The notes under the pieces: model-generated
Database searches by the model: none
Seen by the model: the letters and a program-made list of their open reading frames with translations, nothing else
Told to the model about the DNA's origin: nothing
Shown here: positions 53,369 to 62,678 of the stretch, in pieces
How the letters are laid out: each line of letters begins with the position of its first letter
Numbering within the stretch: the stretch's first letter is position 1
IMG/VR virus record: IMGVR_UViG_3300023257_000007
Span: 284,223-348,222 of that record
Reading direction: 5' to 3' (one strand)
Length of the DNA stretch: 64,000 nucleotides
Program-made: the position numbers and the translations under genes

Positions 53369-53647
53369 TTACACATTAACTGCTTCAGCTAGCCCTTTAC
53401 CAGCTTTAAATCTAACGACATTCTTTGCAGGAATATCAATTGATTCGCCAGTTCTCGGGTTTCTACCTTTACGTGCTTTTCGAGCAACTACTTTAAAGGA
53501 ACCAAAGTTCACAAGTTTCACATCTTCGCCTTTTGCAAGGGATTCTTTAATCACTTCCATGATTACGTTAATTACTTCTTTGCTAGCTTTTTTTGTATTG
53601 CCTGTAGCTTCGGCAACTGCATTTGTTAGGTCTTTTTTATTCGCCAT
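53369..53647 (-). CDS. hup: HU family DNA-binding protein
   Basis: NKKDL...FGSF...RKARKGRNPRTGE.I.IPA..V.RFKAGK; TATCTTTG (-7-like) at 53693-53700. Confidence 0.95.
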   Translation of the reverse strand: MANKKDLTNAVAEATGNTKKASKEVINVIMEVIKESLAKGEDVKLVNFGSFKVVARKARKGRNPRTGESIDIPAKNVVRFKAGKGLAEAVNV

Positions 53648-53861
53648 AATTCAAATTTTAAGGGTTAAACATTAATTTATAATTTCTTACTTCAAAGATA
53701 AGGAACTTTCTACCTGAAAAAAAATATTTCGTAAATTATTTTCACATTTTATTTTCACATTCATCTCGTAAGTATAAAAATAATATCAAGAAAATCCGAA
53801 TTTGTTTAATAAAAATTCAATAAAAATCAAAGAAATTTTAAATTGTTTATTGGAGATACTT

Positions 53862-54765
53862 TTATATGAGACCTAGTTTGTTTCCTTCTAAATAATATTT
53901 TATTTCTTCAACATTATCAAATTCCATACAATTTCTTTGACTACCATCTTCATTTTTTTTATTAACGCGAAAAAAAAATACTTTTTCTCATTGTTTCAAA
54001 ATATAATACAGCATATAAAGTTGAATGTATATTATAACCTTCATAAGAAGGTATATTATGAACCCAATTAAATCCTAATTTATTAAGTTTCTTATATAAA
54101 TCAATACCTTCATCAACAGTATCATAATTAAACTTAAAAGCAATGGAATTAGAAATATTAGATTCATTTAAAACTGGTTCTATTTCTTCTATTATATCTT
54201 GTATAAAATGTTGAGCTTCAAATACAGTTAAATCACCCATATCATTGCCTTTAGGAACGGTAAAAGCATAATCACCATATTTAATAAGCTTTTTTCCACC
54301 TGGATCATTATCTAACTTATCATTATCATATATAACCACCTTAATCTGTGGCAAAATATCAAACCATTGTTTTAAGTTTGAAGGATCATTACAAAAAACA
54401 GCAATAGCAGGATAACCAGATTGATGTATTCTAGCAGCATCAAAAATACCTTCAACTATAAACAAATATTTATCACCAGGTTTTATTGATTCTATACCCC
54501 ACGCACCAATTTTCTTACCTTTATATTCTTCACCAAAGTAAGTATAATACTTAGTATCAGGTTTATTCATTCCTTGTGATATATTCTTAGGGAAATTTGG
54601 ATTGTATTTTTGATAACCAACCATTTGACCAGACATATTATAAATATTAAAATATACATCACCTTTATCATTAATGAAAACATCATTGTGTTCAGGATCT
54701 ATACCTCTTTCTCTTAAATGAGATTTAGTATCAACTAATTCATTATATGTCTTTAAATATTTCAT
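53862..54765 (-). CDS. Toprim/primase-like protein with leader; tail reached only by a frameshift in a T9 run
   Basis: FIVEGIFDA...YDND...DMGD; ORF stops at 53962, but with T8 it continues to EGNKLGLI*. Confidence 0.7.
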
Positions 54766-55762
54766 TATAATAAATCCATCTTTTTACTTTCAATCCATTG
54801 TTTCATTTCTTTACTGAAAAAATATTTATATAAAGGAATCAATTGTTTCGTTCTTTTTAATTTATCTAAATTTTCTTTTTTTAAAATATTATCTCTTTCA
54901 AATATACCAGACTTTCTTACAGTAAAAATATTGTCATTATTATTATACATTGATACCTCACAAATATGTATCCAAGGCCAATTATTTACAATCTGAACTT
55001 GACGAATACCATCACCCCAATCTACATATTGATCAAATATAATATTACTACCAATATATTTTCTCATAGAAATAATTAATTCAGACATTTCATCAAACAT
55101 CTTTTGTTCAATATCATCTAATTTCTCTTTTTGTTTAATATAATCTTCGTAAGTTTTCATTAAATCAATCCCATTTTATTACCATCAAATATATAAGAAT
55201 ATTTCTTTTTTATATCAGATCGAACTTTCAATTCTCTAAATCTTTCAGGATTTTTTATAAGAAATTCATCTTGAAATAAATAAGTGTTAATGATGTGTCT
55301 ATATATATTATCATTTGAAAAATCTATATCATCAATATTTTTATTAAAATATAAAAACAATTTAATATAAAGATTAGCATATACTCTAGACGTATAAGCA
55401 ATAGATAATATTTCTTGTAAAATATTAGTTTTGCTAAAATCAAAACCTAATTCAATTAAATATTCAAACATATCAATAAAACCTTTTTGATCTTTTATGA
55501 TGTCATCATTTGTTCTGTATATTGTATGTTTTATTATTGGTAATTTGTCAATTTGTGCATCTTTTCCAAACTCATCATATATTCTCTTAGCTAATTTTTT
55601 AGATTCTTCCCAGTTTTCATTTTTATATTCACCTTTATTAGTATAATTATAATATCTAGGATTTAATAAACTTGAGAATTTTCCTTTCAAAAATTGAGGA
55701 TGGTCTTCATATTCTGAAAGTTTAGTAAATTCTAATTCTTCATATGTTTTTAGGTATTTCAT
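54765..55762 (-). other. two leader- and tail-bearing genes (54765-55160, 55160-55762)
   Basis: MKTYEDYI...SKKMDLL; MKYLKTYEE...GNKMGLI. Confidence 0.8.
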
Positions 55763-55795
55763 ATTATTCCATATATATAAAAAATCTAAACTAAT

Positions 55796-56422
55796 TTGAA
55801 AAAATCAAATAAAAATACTATGAAATTATATAAACCAAAAGAAGGTGAAACAGTTTATTACAATGATAGAAAGGCTATCTGTTGTTATGTATATGATGGT
55901 GATTATATTAGAATTCAATATGATAATTCTTTAGATGATGAAAAAGATACTGATTATGTACTTTTCTGGTTATTAGAAACCATGAAACAAAACAGAAAAA
56001 AGAAACTAGACAGAGTTAAAATGAAAAATGATAATATTGGTGAAATCAACTTTTTTAAACATTATGATTTAATAAGAGATAATAAAACGGTGAACAACAC
56101 TTTAAATAAACATGTATCTGAAGCTTCAGATCAATTTAATGAAGAATTTAAAGATCTTAGTTCACAATTAAAATATAATCTTGTTGGTGAAGAATTAGAA
56201 ATAAGATTTGTAATAGGAAAGTCAATTGAACATTATAATGATTTTACATATGAATTATTTTCATGTTTACAACACATAGAAGGTGGAGAATCAGCAACAT
56301 TCAAAATTAAAGATGAAATATTTAAAACTGATGATATTGAACAATACTTAATAGATATGTTTGGTAGCGATAAATTTAGTACAATTGTTCATCATTTACA
56401 ATTAATAAATACAATAAAATAA
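55796..56422 (+). CDS. hypothetical protein, likely a fusion with an internal RK tail
   Basis: Internal RKKKLDRVK. Confidence 0.65.
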   Translation: MKKSNKNTMKLYKPKEGETVYYNDRKAICCYVYDGDYIRIQYDNSLDDEKDTDYVLFWLLETMKQNRKKKLDRVKMKNDNIGEINFFKHYDLIRDNKTVNNTLNKHVSEASDQFNEEFKDLSSQLKYNLVGEELEIRFVIGKSIEHYNDFTYELFSCLQHIEGGESATFKIKDEIFKTDDIEQYLIDMFGSDKFSTIVHHLQLINTIK

Positions 56423-56425
56423 AAT

Positions 56426-57145
56426 ATGAAAATTAGAAACGGATTTGTAAGTAACAGTTCTTCTAGTAGTTTTATTATACATGGTGTAAAAATTACAAAC
56501 AAAGAAGACATTGAAAAATTAACTAAATTATCTTGGCCTGAACAAAGTGAACTTGGTCTTGAATTAGAAGAAGATAGATATTTCTTTGGTGGTAATGATA
56601 AAGATAACGATTATATAGTTGGTTTAAATGGTGGTAATCTTGAAGATGGTGTCATCGCTGAAATTAAACCATTAACTGAATCAAATAAAGAAAAATTGGT
56701 TAAAATATTAAAAACATTAGATATTAAGATAAATATTGATAATATTAAAACATATGCTCAATATATAAGCAATGATAATTATTAAACAATAAATTATAAA
56801 AATATGAAAATAAGAAACGGATTTGTAAGCAACTCAAGTAGCAGTAGCTTCATGATTGAAAATAAAACAGATAAAGATTTAACATTAGTGGATTTTATAA
56901 CTGAACAACCTAATTTAATACAAGAATATGTAGATGAATATGATAGAGATGATCCTGAATACACTCAAGAAAATCTTTTAATCTCAGCAAAATTAAATAA
57001 TGTTACATTTAAAGCAAAGACAGAAGAAGCTTATACTTTTGGTGATGATGATGGAACATTAATTGGTAAGATACTTGATTATATGTTAAGAGATAATTGG
57101 GAAACAGAAAGTTTCAAGTGGAAATTTCATAGTTCAAATAGATAA
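56426..57145 (+). other. tandem pair of MKIRNGFVSNSSSSSF-family proteins (56426-56785, 56804-57145)
   Basis: Identical first 16 aa with synonymous differences; divergent bodies. Confidence 0.85.
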
Positions 57146-57147
57146 AT

Positions 57148-57462
57148 ATGTTAATATTTGATGATTATAATGATTTTGTCAAAGGAGTTAAAAAACATTT
57201 TCCTAATGCAAAAGATTATCCAAACGCAAAAGATATTTGTAAATATAGTTACATAATCTTACATCTAAATACAGATGAAAAAATGATGAAAATTGTTGAA
57301 AAACATGCCAAAAATAAAGAAATTAATGAATATTTACCAGTGTATTGTTTATATAATGAAACTAAAAAATGTGAAGAATATTGTTGGTTAAACAATAAAT
57401 GTAAAAAATCTATAAATAGATTCGAAAGAAAAAGAAAAATAAAAAGAATAAAATATGAATAA
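57148..57462 (+). CDS. hypothetical protein with RK tail
   Basis: Ends RKRKIKRIKYE. Confidence 0.7.
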   Translation: MLIFDDYNDFVKGVKKHFPNAKDYPNAKDICKYSYIILHLNTDEKMMKIVEKHAKNKEINEYLPVYCLYNETKKCEEYCWLNNKCKKSINRFERKRKIKRIKYE

Positions 57463-57817
57463 AAAAGTATATATTGCATCACCATACACAAAAGGTAATC
57501 AACTAGAAAATGTAAATGTTCAAATGGATATGTATTATGAATTAGTACAATTAGGATTTCTACCATTTACACCATTATACTCACACTACGTACATGAAAG
57601 AAATCCAATATCTTATGATAAATGGATGGAAATTGATTATAAATGGATTGACGTATGTGATTATATTTTAAGATTGCCTGGTGAAAGTAAAGGTGCAGAT
57701 TTAGAAATTGAATATGCTAAGAACCAAAACAAAATAGTATTTTATAGCGTTGAAGAATTAACAAATTATATTGAACCTAAACATTTAGATGAAGGTGACA
57801 TACATATAAGTTGTTAA
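57455..57817 (+). CDS. nucleoside 2-deoxyribosyltransferase-like (DUF1937/DUF4406-type) protein
   Basis: KVYIASPYT...PFTP...W...D...CD...ESKGA..E. Confidence 0.7.
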   Translation: MNKKVYIASPYTKGNQLENVNVQMDMYYELVQLGFLPFTPLYSHYVHERNPISYDKWMEIDYKWIDVCDYILRLPGESKGADLEIEYAKNQNKIVFYSVEELTNYIEPKHLDEGDIHISC

Positions 57818-57833
57818 AAAATAAAAAAAGATA

Positions 57834-58376
57834 ATGATTAGAGGATTTGAAATTGTTTCTGATGAACACAGAAAACATGAAAATGTACAACTACCATTAA
57901 GGGGTAGTGAAGATTCAGCTGGATATGATTTTTATTCAAATGAAACACATATAATAGAACCAGGTGATCAAAAAGTTTTTTGGACTGATATCAAAGCTTA
58001 CATGCAAAAAGGTGAAGTTCTTAAAATATATGTTAGAAGTTCGATTGGTATTAAAAAAGGACTTAGATTAGCAAATCAAACTGGGGTAATTGATTGTGTT
58101 CCAAAAGGAACTAAAATTAAAATTAAAGATGGTGAAATAAATGTTGAAGATTTATTGGACAAAAAAAAAATTATTATATCTTATAATGAAGAAGAAGATG
58201 AAATAGAAGAAGATGAATTAAAAGAAATATGGATCGTAGATGATCTGGAATTATTAGAAATTGAGACAGAAGAAGGTGACTCAATTAAAATACCCTTTGA
58301 AAAAGAGGTATATACTGAAAGAGGATGGATTAAAGCAAAAAATCTAACTCTTGATGATAAAATATTAACATATTAA
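57834..58376 (+). CDS. dut: dUTPase N-terminal part (87 aa) fused to split intein N-fragment (93 aa)
   Basis: AGYD, RSS, GVID followed by intein block A CVPKGTKI (Cys1 at 58095) and TERGW.KA..L...D.I. Confidence 0.92.
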   Translation: MIRGFEIVSDEHRKHENVQLPLRGSEDSAGYDFYSNETHIIEPGDQKVFWTDIKAYMQKGEVLKIYVRSSIGIKKGLRLANQTGVIDCVPKGTKIKIKDGEINVEDLLDKKKIIISYNEEEDEIEEDELKEIWIVDDLELLEIETEEGDSIKIPFEKEVYTERGWIKAKNLTLDDKILTY

Positions 58377-58640
58377 ATGGAAAACAAAAAATTAAATAAT
58401 CTAACAAATGCAGCTAATGATTATAATAAAGGTTTAAACGATTGTGCAATAGTCGATATTAATTCAAATTTAGATTTAATTGAAAAAATTGAATTAGATA
58501 AAAGTATTAAAGAATCTTTAATACATGCACACAAAAGATTAATAGACATTTTAAATGGTGAAATAGACTTGAATGAAGAAGATTATTTGATCTATATTTC
58601 ATATATACAAGAAATAATTGCAGATTATAGATTAAATTAA
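58377..58640 (+). CDS. hypothetical helical protein inside the fractured dut locus
   Basis: 87-aa ORF starting directly after the IntN stop. Confidence 0.7.
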   Translation: MENKKLNNLTNAANDYNKGLNDCAIVDINSNLDLIEKIELDKSIKESLIHAHKRLIDILNGEIDLNEEDYLIYISYIQEIIADYRLN

Positions 58641-58701
58641 AAAATTAACATAATTCCAGTATTAATGTTTAATATATATTATTAAATAAATAATTTTAAC
58701 G

Positions 58702-59748
58702 ATGGAAATATTATGTAAAAATTGTGGTAAATCTTTTAAAGTTGCCAACTGGCAAATTAAAAAAGGAACAAAATATTGTTCTCATGAGTGTTATTGGGAA
58801 GATAAAAGAGGCGGTAAGAAAAAAGAAGAAAAGGTATGTATAGAATGTGGTGAGAAATTCTTACAAGAAACTTGGGAAAGTAAAAGAAAATTTTGTTCTC
58901 ATGAATGTTACTGGAAAAATAAAAAAAAACTAAAAGATATTGATTGTTTGAATTGTGGTAAAACATTTGAGCCATATAATTTAAAAACAAAATTTTGTTC
59001 TAAAAAATGTTCAGGTGAATATATAAGAAAACAAAACAATAAAATCTGTATTCAATGTGGAAAAGAATATCATCCATTAATTAAAACTTCTCAATATTGT
59101 AGTAGAGAATGTTATTGGAATTATAGAAGAGAAAACAAAGGTGTAATAATACAAACGAATCAAGGTGATTTTAGAACAAAATTAATATGTAATAATTGTG
59201 GAAAAGAATATTTAGAACATAAATATAGATTAAAAGTTTCTAAGTTTTGCTCAATGAAATGTCATTTTGAATCTAAGAGATTAAAGAAAAAATGTCCAAC
59301 ATGTGAAAAATATTTTGAAGTTCCAAATCACTTAGCACATCGAATTTTTTGTAGTAAAGATTGTGTAGATTTTACAAATAAATCTAAAAAAGAAAATGAC
59401 TTTTATAAATTTGTTAACAACATAATAAATGTAGAACAAAATAAAAAGGTTATATATGACAAAGTTTATTTTCCAGATTTAATGAATGAAGAAAACAAAA
59501 TAATAATTGAATTTTTTGGCGATTATTGGCATTGCAATCCTAATTTCTATGAAGATGAATATTATAATTCAAAAACAAGAAAACATGCACACGAAATGTG
59601 GAGCGATGATCAATTAAGATTAGAAAAATTAGAAGGATTAGGATATGATGTTAATATTATTTGGGAAAATGAATGGGAAACTGATTTAGAATTAGTTAAA
59701 ACAAAAATATTAAAAATAAAAGATAAATATGAAATACGTAAAAATTAA
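58702..59748 (+). CDS. free-standing homing endonuclease (CxxC...[F/Y]CSxxC repeats plus Vsr-like domain)
   Basis: About six Zn-finger repeats; PDL...IIEFFGDYWH...D..R...LGY....WE. Confidence 0.85.
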   Translation: MEILCKNCGKSFKVANWQIKKGTKYCSHECYWEDKRGGKKKEEKVCIECGEKFLQETWESKRKFCSHECYWKNKKKLKDIDCLNCGKTFEPYNLKTKFCSKKCSGEYIRKQNNKICIQCGKEYHPLIKTSQYCSRECYWNYRRENKGVIIQTNQGDFRTKLICNNCGKEYLEHKYRLKVSKFCSMKCHFESKRLKKKCPTCEKYFEVPNHLAHRIFCSKDCVDFTNKSKKENDFYKFVNNIINVEQNKKVIYDKVYFPDLMNEENKIIIEFFGDYWHCNPNFYEDEYYNSKTRKHAHEMWSDDQLRLEKLEGLGYDVNIIWENEWETDLELVKTKILKIKDKYEIRKN

Positions 59749-60028
59749 AAGAATAGAAAAATGTGAATCAGAACCGATTTATCATTTAACAATTAAAAAT
59801 AATCACAATTTTTTTGGTAATAATTTATTGTTACACAACTGCGATTATTTTGGAAATTCCAAAAATGACGGAAATATTGGTGCTTGTTTATGGAACCCAA
59901 CAAACGAACCAATTACTATTAAAAAAGGTGAAAGAATAGTTCAAGGTATATTTGAATTGTTCTTAGAATCTGATAACTGTAACACCAAAAAAGAAAGAGA
60001 CGGTGGAATCGGTTCAACAAATAAATAA
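59729..60028 (+). CDS. dut: split intein C-fragment (37 aa) fused to dUTPase C-terminal part (62 aa)
   Basis: ...HNFFGNNLLLHN|CDY, then KGERIVQGIF and R.GG.GST (dUTPase motifs 4 and 5). Confidence 0.92.
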   Translation: MKYVKIKRIEKCESEPIYHLTIKNNHNFFGNNLLLHNCDYFGNSKNDGNIGACLWNPTNEPITIKKGERIVQGIFELFLESDNCNTKKERDGGIGSTNK

Positions 60029-60034
60029 CAAAAT

Positions 60035-60733
60035 ATGAAAAACGGAAGTATTTTAGGAAAACTCTTTCCTACACAAAATGATTTAATGAATCATCTATCT
60101 GAATATGGAATGTTAACAGATAAACAAATAATTGAGCGATCATCCCAAGGTGGTGGATTAAATACAGAAGAAGCGTTAATGCTTACTTTGGAAAGAGATT
60201 TCTGCAAAGATGTTATTGATAATATAATCAATAAAAAATAAATAACAAAATATGAAAACAGAACAAATAATTACAGAATTGAGTAAAGCATCAGAAAATG
60301 AAGACTACAAACGAGGCTGGATTGCGAATATAGCAATGTCTCAATTAGATAATGAACGTTGGTATAGAGAAAAACATAATAAAGTTGGTAAATATTTAAA
60401 TAGTAAAGACAAACATGCTATTGCAAACTTAGGTGCAGAATATTTTATTGAATTACTTACAAAAAAATAATAATTATGAAACTAAAAAAATTTATTGAAA
60501 AGTTTGTTGAACCTAATACATTAATTAGGTTACAATACAAAATAAAAGGTGGACACGAAGAAGTAGGTAATCTAGGAATGGAATGGGAGTTAAAGGATGG
60601 ACTGTTTGCTAACCATAGAGTTGTAGGTATAACAGACATACTTGTACGTGGTAATTACACAGAAGCAGTTAATTTGGTTATTAAAAGAAAAAACAAAATA
60701 AATAATTATGTATATATTTTCATACGGGAGTAA
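60035..60733 (+). other. three small hypothetical genes (60035, 60252, 60476)
   Basis: Co-oriented ORFs. Confidence 0.65.
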
Positions 60734-61127
60734 CATGAATGTTAATAGAATGAACGAAAGAGGAGTTAAATTCTCTAAAATAATTCCAGTAGTTTTAGAT
60801 GATTTTATTCTGAAATTCAATAAAGTCTCTAAAAAACAAGGAGCAGTTGCAAATATACAATTTTATAAAGGTGGTATTGTTGAAGGTATCTTATATGAAG
60901 TTGAATCTTTAGAACAGATGGATCGATACGAGGGCTTTCCTAATCACTATAATAGAGTTAAAATGGATATCGAAGGTTATGATGCATGGGTTTATATCGC
61001 ACAACCTCAATATATTCAAGAAGGTCTAAAACCTAAACAAGAATATTTGAATCACTTATTAGAAGGTAAACAATTTCTAAGTGATGAATATTATGAAAAA
61101 TTAATGATGATAAATGAGTCTTTGTAA
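60708..61127 (+). CDS. gamma-glutamylcyclotransferase family protein
   Basis: Y.FSYGSNM...V.GILY...MDRYEG...Y.R...AWVY. Confidence 0.85.
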   Translation: MYIFSYGSNMNVNRMNERGVKFSKIIPVVLDDFILKFNKVSKKQGAVANIQFYKGGIVEGILYEVESLEQMDRYEGFPNHYNRVKMDIEGYDAWVYIAQPQYIQEGLKPKQEYLNHLLEGKQFLSDEYYEKLMMINESL

Positions 61128-61286
61128 ATTATTTGGTCATAAATGGGATAAATCAGATTTATATACACAACCATGTAAAAGACTAGGTTGTAAAATCACT
61201 AGAGTTTTATTATTAACCAATCACAAATCAAATGGTTATATAGAACATGTTTATATAAAGAAAAAGAAAAAGTGATATATAAGATT

Positions 61287-61334
61287 AAAATGAAACCAGA
61301 AATTCACATAATTTGAATTTCTGGTTTCATTTTT
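61287..61334 (+). terminator. long hairpin terminator
   Basis: aaaatgaaaccagaaattca...tgaatttctggtttcatttt. Confidence 0.7.
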
Positions 61335-61363
61335 TAAGTATATAGAGAAAACAAATTTATATT

Positions 61364-61759
61364 ATGAAAAAACAAGAAATTCCACTTCAGTTGAAGATAC
61401 AAGTACCAAAACCTGAAGGTTTAAACAAAAAACAATTAAAAAAACAATTACAAGAACTACAATTTGAATATGATTCTCTTTTTGATAAATTTTACACTAA
61501 AATAGAGATTATATTCACATATTCAAAAGATAATTATTGCCATTTTGAAAAATTAGAGATTGATGAAAATATATTTGCATTTTTAATAAATGTTAAAGAT
61601 ATAACTAGACAACAAGCAGAACAACGATGTTGGGAAGTAATGAAGAATTATGAAAAATATGATGATTGTTTAATAATTTGGTTGCCATCTGTTATAGAAG
61701 AAGACAAAATTGTAAAACTTACAAACACCACAAAAAATATAGAACTATGTCATGATTAA
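61364..61759 (+). CDS. hypothetical protein
   Basis: 131-aa ORF overlapping the next gene. Confidence 0.7.
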   Translation: MKKQEIPLQLKIQVPKPEGLNKKQLKKQLQELQFEYDSLFDKFYTKIEIIFTYSKDNYCHFEKLEIDENIFAFLINVKDITRQQAEQRCWEVMKNYEKYDDCLIIWLPSVIEEDKIVKLTNTTKNIELCHD

Positions 61760-62651
61760 GAAAATAAAAGCAGTGACTAAAGATTATGTAAAAGAACATA
61801 AAGATCTTTATGATAAAGGTTTACCTAATAAATATATGGAATTATTCCATCAAAAAATTGAAGGTGTTAGAAAGGCAAAAATTGTGTATGGTTTTAGTCA
61901 AGCTGAAATGATTGAATATAGTAAATGTCAAAATGATATAATATATTTTATTGAAAAATATTGTTCAATATTAACACCTGATGGTATTGTTAAACCTAGA
62001 TTATATGATTATCAAAAAACAATGTTAGAAAATTATACAAATAACAGATTTAGCTTAAATATGATAAGTAGACAGATGGGTATTTCAAATATCATTGCAT
62101 GGTTTACTTTACATATGTTAACTTTCAATGAAAGCAAAAATGCAATATTCATGGATATAAAATCAGGGTACTGTAAAAGTTTATTAGAAAAAGTTAAAAC
62201 ATCATATAAAATGTTACCTTTCTTTCTTCAAAAAGGTGTCATAACATGGAACCAAAGATCTATAGTTTTAGAAGATTATAGTCGTATTACTACACAATCC
62301 TATTCTAAAGAACCGGTGATTAGCTCTGATATTCACTTATTATATATGGATAATTACTCTAGAACTACAACATCAGAAACATCATACAAATATTTATTAC
62401 CAACAATCACATCTACAAATGATTCTAGAATAATAATATCAGGTAAACCTAAAGGTTTTAACCACTTTATTAAACTACTTCATAATAGTGAATTACCTTC
62501 AAACCATCCAGACAAAAATATATTTGAATCTTTAAGAGTATATTGGTGGCAACATCCAAATAAAAATGAAGAATGGAAGAAACAGGAAATAGAAAATATT
62601 GGTCAACAAATGTTTGATCAAGAGTATGATTTAAAATTTACAAATAAATAG
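61752..62651 (+). CDS. T4 gp17-like terminase ATPase-domain paralog, catalytically degenerate, no nuclease domain
   Basis: KC..D..YFIE.YC, LYDYQ, SRQMGIS, LLYMDN, W.QHP...W, F.QEY...F. Confidence 0.75.
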   Translation: MIKKIKAVTKDYVKEHKDLYDKGLPNKYMELFHQKIEGVRKAKIVYGFSQAEMIEYSKCQNDIIYFIEKYCSILTPDGIVKPRLYDYQKTMLENYTNNRFSLNMISRQMGISNIIAWFTLHMLTFNESKNAIFMDIKSGYCKSLLEKVKTSYKMLPFFLQKGVITWNQRSIVLEDYSRITTQSYSKEPVISSDIHLLYMDNYSRTTTSETSYKYLLPTITSTNDSRIIISGKPKGFNHFIKLLHNSELPSNHPDKNIFESLRVYWWQHPNKNEEWKKQEIENIGQQMFDQEYDLKFTNK

Positions 62652-62678
62652 TAAAATAATAAATCAATATATAGTTAA

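Noticed and set aside
53334-53675. 113-aa plus-strand ORF
   Set aside because: Antisense shadow of the clear HU gene.
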